The notes beneath the pieces were generated by a model that saw only the letters and a list, made by a program, of their open reading frames with translations, had not been told where the DNA came from and searched no databases. A stretch of DNA of 32,703 nucleotides from the IMG/VR virus record IMGVR_UViG_3300020397_001205, positions 1 through 32,703 of that record; one strand, written 5' to 3'. Source of the DNA: a virus (lineage: Duplodnaviria > Caudoviricetes). Made by a program: the position numbers and the translations under genes. Positions 27,770-32,703 of the stretch are shown one piece after another (within the stretch, counting starts at the first letter, position 1; each line of letters opens with the position of its first letter).

Positions 27770-29022
27770 TGTGTAATTTTACCTATTGTGTTTGTTGTAC
27801 TGATACCTTCAATTGTTGGAAATATCACTACTTCTGCAAGTTCATGACCAACTACTGTTTGCACTGTGTAATCGCCTCCTTTGACTATTACATCAGGTTT
27901 GTATGACATAATACTATTTAATGGTGTATCTTCATCAAACACTACAACCTGATCCACCCACGGTAATGATTCAAGTTGTGATTTACGTTCGTTAACATCA
28001 TTAATGGGTCTAGTTTCACCTTTTAAGCGTTTTACACTGGCATCGTTATTAATACCTACTATAAGTTTATCACCTTGTTTATGTGCAAATTTAAGTAATT
28101 CAAGATGTCCTTTGTGTAGGACATCAAATACTCCGTTAGTCCAAACTGTAGTTTTTTTACGTAAATCTTTTTTGGTTATAATACTAGTGCCACGACGTTC
28201 TACTCCTCTAGCGGCGGCGTAACAAGCTATTTCACATGCTTCGAAAACGTCTTTACCTTGGTGTAAAAGATGTGCGATAACAGCCAAAACTATATCACCA
28301 GCACCCGTAACATCAACTATTTGGTTTGCTGGTTCTTTGAAATGTTGATATCTACTATCTTCACAAAGCACATGCATACCATTTGCACCATCAGTCACTA
28401 CTAACCATTGCCAATTATGTTTTCTCATTATGTTTGTTGCATCTATTTCATCAAATTCGCCAAACCATTTATTATATTCTGACATATTTGGTTTGACAAG
28501 AAATGCTCCATCATAAAAATAATCCTCTTGTTTAGGATCAACTAAAACTTTGCATTTCCTAAAAATTTGATTTATTGTATTTGCTTTGACTGTGCCTTTT
28601 GCATAGTCACTTACACAAACAATATCATCTATTTTTATATCTTGTAGTAAAGAATCAAAGGGAGTTTCATTTTCATATTCTGTTTCTCTATCCCATCTTA
28701 GAACTTGTTGACCGCCTTGTCCTACAAAGCGTGTTTTAGTTGTAGTAACTAAAGCATCTGTGCAAACTTTATTTGTAACATTTGTTTCTTCTAGTATATC
28801 TTGAACAATCATTCCTTCTGTATCTAAAGCCACACTTCCATACAATACTACATCTTCTTTTTTATTAATATTTCCTAAGTTATTAGCTAAATTTCCCGCA
28901 CCACCTATGCTGTCTATAAATGTTTTTTCTTTGATTACAATAACTGGAGCTTCGGGACTAATCCTGTTACAGTCTCCTTCAATCCACCTGTCGAGCATAA
29001 CATCGCCATATATTCTTATCAT
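27766..29022 (-). CDS. hldE: Bifunctional heptose-7-phosphate kinase / heptose-1-phosphate adenylyltransferase
   Basis: GDVMLD..RISPEAPV, GGAGN, SDYAKG, VDPK, DVTGAGD (PfkB domain) fused to TNGVFDVLHKGH..RLKGETRPIN..FDEDTP..VKGGDY..STT. Confidence 0.93.
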   Translation of the reverse strand: MIRIYGDVMLDRWIEGDCNRISPEAPVIVIKEKTFIDSIGGAGNLANNLGNINKKEDVVLYGSVALDTEGMIVQDILEETNVTNKVCTDALVTTTKTRFVGQGGQQVLRWDRETEYENETPFDSLLQDIKIDDIVCVSDYAKGTVKANTINQIFRKCKVLVDPKQEDYFYDGAFLVKPNMSEYNKWFGEFDEIDATNIMRKHNWQWLVVTDGANGMHVLCEDSRYQHFKEPANQIVDVTGAGDIVLAVIAHLLHQGKDVFEACEIACYAAARGVERRGTSIITKKDLRKKTTVWTNGVFDVLHKGHLELLKFAHKQGDKLIVGINNDASVKRLKGETRPINDVNERKSQLESLPWVDQVVVFDEDTPLNSIMSYKPDVIVKGGDYTVQTVVGHELAEVVIFPTIEGISTTNTIGKITQ

Positions 29023-30500
29023 TGCATATCTCTAATAAATTTTGTATTGTCAGGTAAATTAATCGATTTATTATCATGTTGAGAAACATGATAAACATAA
29101 GCAGTATCAGAAATCTTAACATCATTATTGAAGTGCAATTCTCTTCTACAAACTTTATCGGTTAATTTGCCAGTGCCTGCAAGTACATAACTCCATAACG
29201 GCCATCCAGCACACCCTTCATGCCTAGGAAACATGGTATGATTAGGTACTCTATTTTTACAAACCTCATGCATTGTTTTTACAAAATCTGTTGCTGTTTC
29301 ACCACTGTCTATATAACGCCAAAATTCTGTATCATTACGTCCACAAGTATAATGAGCTACTAAGAAATCTTTTAGGGTGTCATATAAATGTGCATTTTTA
29401 TCGTTATAATCATTTATTTGGCCGTCATTGCAAGTTTCATTTCTATCTTTGCCTAAACAACCAAAAACAAAATGTTTTAGTTGAAAAATAGTAGTGTGTA
29501 TACTTGTCGCTTCTAAAGGTTCAGCAAAAGCGGCACATAATCCTACAGACAAAACATTTTTAATCCAAAGTTTTTCTTGTCTGCCACTTTCAAATTTTAA
29601 AAGTCTAATTGGTTCAACTTTTTTTCCTATATTTTGTTCTAATTCTTCTTGAGCTTTTTCAGGTGTAACAAAATCATCAGAGAACACATAGCCACAACCT
29701 CTTCTATTCAATGTTGGAATCTGCCAACACCAACCATTTTTTTGAGCCCAAGCATTGGTGACAGGCTCAATTTTTTCATCTTCGTCATATGGTAATAAAA
29801 ATGGTAATGCAGAATTTACAGGCAAATTATTTTTGTAACTTTTCCATTTGCTACCAACAGCTTTCATTAATATCTGATTGAAGCCACTTGCATCAATAAA
29901 CATATCACCTTCAACGGATTGTCCGTTGCTTAATTTTAATTTTGTTACCCAACCGTTTTCAGGATCTGTTTCTACATGTTCTACTTCACTATCAATATGT
30001 TTTGCTGTATTTGATATTTTTTTAAAATATTGCCCTACTTTATGGGCATCAAAATGATATGCATGATTACCTTTATCTTCTACAAAACTGTTTTTATTAT
30101 GTTCAATTTTATATCCAAGTTCAGTTGATACATGTAGTAAATCTTGTTCACGATAACCTAATGCATGTTGGAATACAATGTCAACAACATCTCCACTAGT
30201 TGGAGATCCATCAATAGGTCCATAGTAATGGGATTTTGTGTCTTTATTCCAACCAATATGTTTGATACCAAGTTTTAAAGTTGCATCACACTCTTTTACA
30301 AAGTCTTGTTCAACGCAACCTAAATTCCACATTTCATTTTGCACTATATTTGTTAAAGAACCTGTGCTACCTTCTCCTGCACCAATAATACCAATCTTAG
30401 AACTTTCTATCACTGTGACATTATGTTCAGGTCTGATTTTTGATATCATTAAGGCCGCCAGCCATCCAGCAGTTCCGCCTCCAACAACGACTATCTTCAT
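29019..30500 (-). CDS. Flavin-dependent (tryptophan halogenase family) halogenase
   Basis: MKIVVVGGGTAGW, GAGEGS, DATLKLGI, AYHFDA, GWCWQIP, FAEPLEATSI. Start at ATG 30500 (ATGA coupling). Confidence 0.9.
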   Translation of the reverse strand: MKIVVVGGGTAGWLAALMISKIRPEHNVTVIESSKIGIIGAGEGSTGSLTNIVQNEMWNLGCVEQDFVKECDATLKLGIKHIGWNKDTKSHYYGPIDGSPTSGDVVDIVFQHALGYREQDLLHVSTELGYKIEHNKNSFVEDKGNHAYHFDAHKVGQYFKKISNTAKHIDSEVEHVETDPENGWVTKLKLSNGQSVEGDMFIDASGFNQILMKAVGSKWKSYKNNLPVNSALPFLLPYDEDEKIEPVTNAWAQKNGWCWQIPTLNRRGCGYVFSDDFVTPEKAQEELEQNIGKKVEPIRLLKFESGRQEKLWIKNVLSVGLCAAFAEPLEATSIHTTIFQLKHFVFGCLGKDRNETCNDGQINDYNDKNAHLYDTLKDFLVAHYTCGRNDTEFWRYIDSGETATDFVKTMHEVCKNRVPNHTMFPRHEGCAGWPLWSYVLAGTGKLTDKVCRRELHFNNDVKISDTAYVYHVSQHDNKSINLPDNTKFIRDMQ

Positions 30501-32008
30501 ATCATGAAACCTTCTCTTTGTCCTTTGTATGTTTTGAACCAATCAAGACCCATGTTAGTAGTTTCAATTGCGTTCACATGTGATATACTAGTTCTTAGTC
30601 TTATTTCTTCTGCTTTCTTAAATTCTGACATTGCAAAATCTATTTGCATTGGGGACAATCTGTTTAAATCTTTTTCTACAGGATAACCCATTTGAATTAA
30701 CCATAATTGCCAATTTTGTGGATGAAACAAAGTGTTGCTAGATACGTCACTGTAGAATGATCTTTGAGGATCTTTTAACCATTCTTCATACCATAAATGT
30801 TTTTCGGATTTGACATGCATTTCTTTTACATAATTCCAAAATGCTGTGTCCCATTCTGTGTCAGCATAATGACTTCCAACAAAATCCACTGCATCGTCAT
30901 ACCAACTCATCATGGTTTGATTATAAGTCTGTATATCGTTATCATAATATACATATTGAGGTATATGTTTTGCTAATTCTTGCACACCAGTAGTCATACT
31001 CGCTAATCCTGTGCTTTCTAAAGGTTCTATAAATCCTCCACTTAGGCCAATTGATACAACATTCTTTTCCCAAAAATTTTCGCTGTAATAAGGTGTCCAA
31101 TCAATTAGTTTTAAATCTTCTGGTTTTATTCTCCCATTCCAATGATCGCTAAAATACTGCATAGCAGTATCAGGATCTGTAATATCTCTATTGAATACTA
31201 ATCCTGAACCTATTCTAGATTGAACAGGTATCTTCCAAATCCAACCGTGGTCAACGGCAGGACATTTTACGTAAGGTGTACACTCTTTTTCAAAGTCTTC
31301 ATAAGGCACATGACCAGCCACGGCAGAGTTAGTAAACAGTCTACCGTTAGACATTAATTCTTTCTTTTTTCGGTGTTTTAAAAGCGATATAAAGCCCGTA
31401 CAGTCTAGGTAAAAGTCAGATACATGTGTTGCACCATTCTTTAGATCAAGGCTGGTTATATACCCGTCTTCGTCTCTATTTACATTCACTACATCGCTCT
31501 TAATAGTTCTCACTGTGCGGGAACAAATGTTTTGTAATTCTGTTACAAGTTTTCCTGCGTCAATATGATAAGCCAAAGTTTCAAAACTATTATACATGTC
31601 TAATCTGTCTTGCATAATTGTATCAAAACAAGGTAATGCAGTCTTACGAAAATCTTGCTCTTGTTTCTGAGCCCAAATATCATATTGTGTAGTCTTCAAA
31701 TCAAAATATGATCTATTCAAATAAAAAGGATGCCATACTCTATTTTTTGGTGATTTCCAATGTGGAAAATCAATTCCTGCTTTGTATGTTCCGTCCACAT
31801 TTTTAAACCATTGAGGAAGATCTATACCACATTGTCTTAGAAAGTAAGGAAATGTTAGTACGGTAGCTTCACCAACTCCAATGGGATTGCCTATTTCTTT
31901 ATCTATAACTGTAACAGGCAAATCCCAAAAGTTATTTTGTATGTATGTTGCCGCCAACCAAGCCGCAGATCCACCACCTACTATTGTAATATCGTTAATT
32001 CGTCTCAT
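30497..32008 (-). CDS. Flavin-dependent (tryptophan halogenase family) halogenase
   Basis: GGGSAAW, IGVGEAT, GTYKAGI, AYHIDA, GWIWKIP, FIEPLESTG. Confidence 0.9.
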   Translation of the reverse strand: MRRINDITIVGGGSAAWLAATYIQNNFWDLPVTVIDKEIGNPIGVGEATVLTFPYFLRQCGIDLPQWFKNVDGTYKAGIDFPHWKSPKNRVWHPFYLNRSYFDLKTTQYDIWAQKQEQDFRKTALPCFDTIMQDRLDMYNSFETLAYHIDAGKLVTELQNICSRTVRTIKSDVVNVNRDEDGYITSLDLKNGATHVSDFYLDCTGFISLLKHRKKKELMSNGRLFTNSAVAGHVPYEDFEKECTPYVKCPAVDHGWIWKIPVQSRIGSGLVFNRDITDPDTAMQYFSDHWNGRIKPEDLKLIDWTPYYSENFWEKNVVSIGLSGGFIEPLESTGLASMTTGVQELAKHIPQYVYYDNDIQTYNQTMMSWYDDAVDFVGSHYADTEWDTAFWNYVKEMHVKSEKHLWYEEWLKDPQRSFYSDVSSNTLFHPQNWQLWLIQMGYPVEKDLNRLSPMQIDFAMSEFKKAEEIRLRTSISHVNAIETTNMGLDWFKTYKGQREGFMI

Positions 32009-32444
32009 TTTCTAAATATCCTATCAGGTCAAAAACCGTTTGTAGTTTTGTTTGGTTTGTTTTATTTTGTAGTGTGTTTCGCAATCCCATGTGTAACGGC
32101 TTTGGCCATTTTCCAAAACTGACCCAAGCGTATCCATCATGTTCTTCATTTAGTTGAGGTAAAAACTCTTCTTTTACTACACACAGATAAGTGTGAAAAT
32201 GAAACTTTGAATCTGTGCTTACAAATGTTTCTAATGGAATAGTTTTTTCTATATCTGGTAATGTACCAATTTCTTCTTTTATTTCACGCTGTAATGCAGG
32301 CCAAGGAGATTCATTTTTTCCGTTAGTACCTCCTACTAAACCCCATACATTTTTTTGTTTGCTTTGTGTCCTGTGTAATAATAAGAATCTTTTGCTTTTT
32401 AAACAATAGAAGAGGGCACCACTACAAATTATTTCTTCACTCAT
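31995..32444 (-). CDS. NUDIX hydrolase
   Basis: WGLVGG..ES..ALQREIKEEIG Nudix box; LNEEH..YAW. Confidence 0.88.
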   Translation of the reverse strand: MSEEIICSGALFYCLKSKRFLLLHRTQSKQKNVWGLVGGTNGKNESPWPALQREIKEEIGTLPDIEKTIPLETFVSTDSKFHFHTYLCVVKEEFLPQLNEEHDGYAWVSFGKWPKPLHMGLRNTLQNKTNQTKLQTVFDLIGYLENETN

Positions 32445-32449
32445 AAAAA

Positions 32450-32455
32450 TATTTA
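32450..32455 (-). promoter_or_regulatory. T4-like late promoter core (TAAATA) heading the minus-strand operon
   Basis: GTAAATA on the - strand in the 12-bp gap between the upstream stop (32457) and the NUDIX ATG (32444). Confidence 0.55.
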
Positions 32456-32456
32456 C

Positions 32457-32702
32457 TTAAAAAATAAGGCGCCAAGTGCCTTTTTGATATTCACCTTCGA
32501 ATGAAAGTATCCATTCTGTACCTGTCCATCGGTATTGGACCCCTGTATTTAGGTTAGTTAAATACTTGGTTGTAGTTCCGGCATCTTCACTAGCATCAAA
32601 AACTATATGCCATTTGGTGCCATCCCATTCAACTACATCATTTTCGCCAGCTACAAAATCAGATCCGTCTGTATTTTTCCATGCATCTGGACCATCATAT
32701 GG
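32457..32702 (-). CDS. C-terminal fragment of a probable virion structural protein (not in the ORF track)
   Basis: Open frame from the window edge: PYDGPDAWKNTDGSDFVAGENDVVEWDGTKWHIVFDAS...QYRWTGTEWILSFEGEYQKGTWRLIF*. Confidence 0.65.
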   Translation of the reverse strand, partial: PYDGPDAWKNTDGSDFVAGENDVVEWDGTKWHIVFDASEDAGTTTKYLTNLNTGVQYRWTGTEWILSFEGEYQKGTWRLIF

Positions 32703-32703
32703 G

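Noticed and set aside
26542-29022. Bacterial chromosomal LPS locus
   Set aside because: Flanked by phage tail genes and TAAATA motifs, with no transporters, lipid A/Kdo genes or housekeeping genes.
822-30542. Track start codons at 822, 8720, 10346, 12805, 17380, 26949 and 30542
   Set aside because: An open upstream frame (822), or better RBS and stop-start coupling, supports 8741, 10391, 12850, 17392, 26943 and 30500 instead.
697-32409. Many 60-125 aa antisense or alternate-frame ORFs in the track (e.g. 697..936, 5342..5632, 6662..7039, 24773..25132, 30238..30507)
   Set aside because: They lie within or across long, motif-bearing genes and show no recognisable motifs; they are shadow ORFs.
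1-32703. CRISPR array, tRNA/rRNA, integrase/transposase, intron/intein, alternative genetic code
   Set aside because: Intergenic gaps are all under about 85 bp with no repeat-spacer or cloverleaf pattern seen; no such protein motifs were recognised; TAA, TAG and TGA all terminate genes with the next gene starting immediately.

Overview
AT-rich, gene-dense segment that reads as the tail/virion region of a large T4-like (myovirus/jumbo) phage, probably aquatic. The + strand carries a 5'-truncated tail spike-like protein (CBM5/12-like repeats plus a pectin-lyase-like beta-helix), two small tail proteins, three tandem Cys/Gly-rich paralogs (28-32 Cys each) and a tail assembly chaperone. A tightly coupled enzyme operon follows: a GT9-like glycosyltransferase, five Fe(II)/2OG-type oxygenases, a NodU/CmcH carbamoyltransferase, a flavin-dependent halogenase, an SGNH-like protein and GmhB. 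A second structural block comes next, with a gp9-like fibre ending in a cupredoxin-like motif and a 1987-aa virion protein. A convergent - strand operon encodes a NUDIX hydrolase, two more halogenases, HldE, HldD and a cupin. TAAATA late-promoter cores precede five transcription units, including both enzyme operons. The leading hypothesis (inference) is a late-expressed system that builds metal-rich Cys/Gly adhesin-like tail proteins and chemically decorates virion or host-surface targets by heptosylation, carbamoylation, hydroxylation and halogenation. All product calls come from motifs read by eye; no database search was run.
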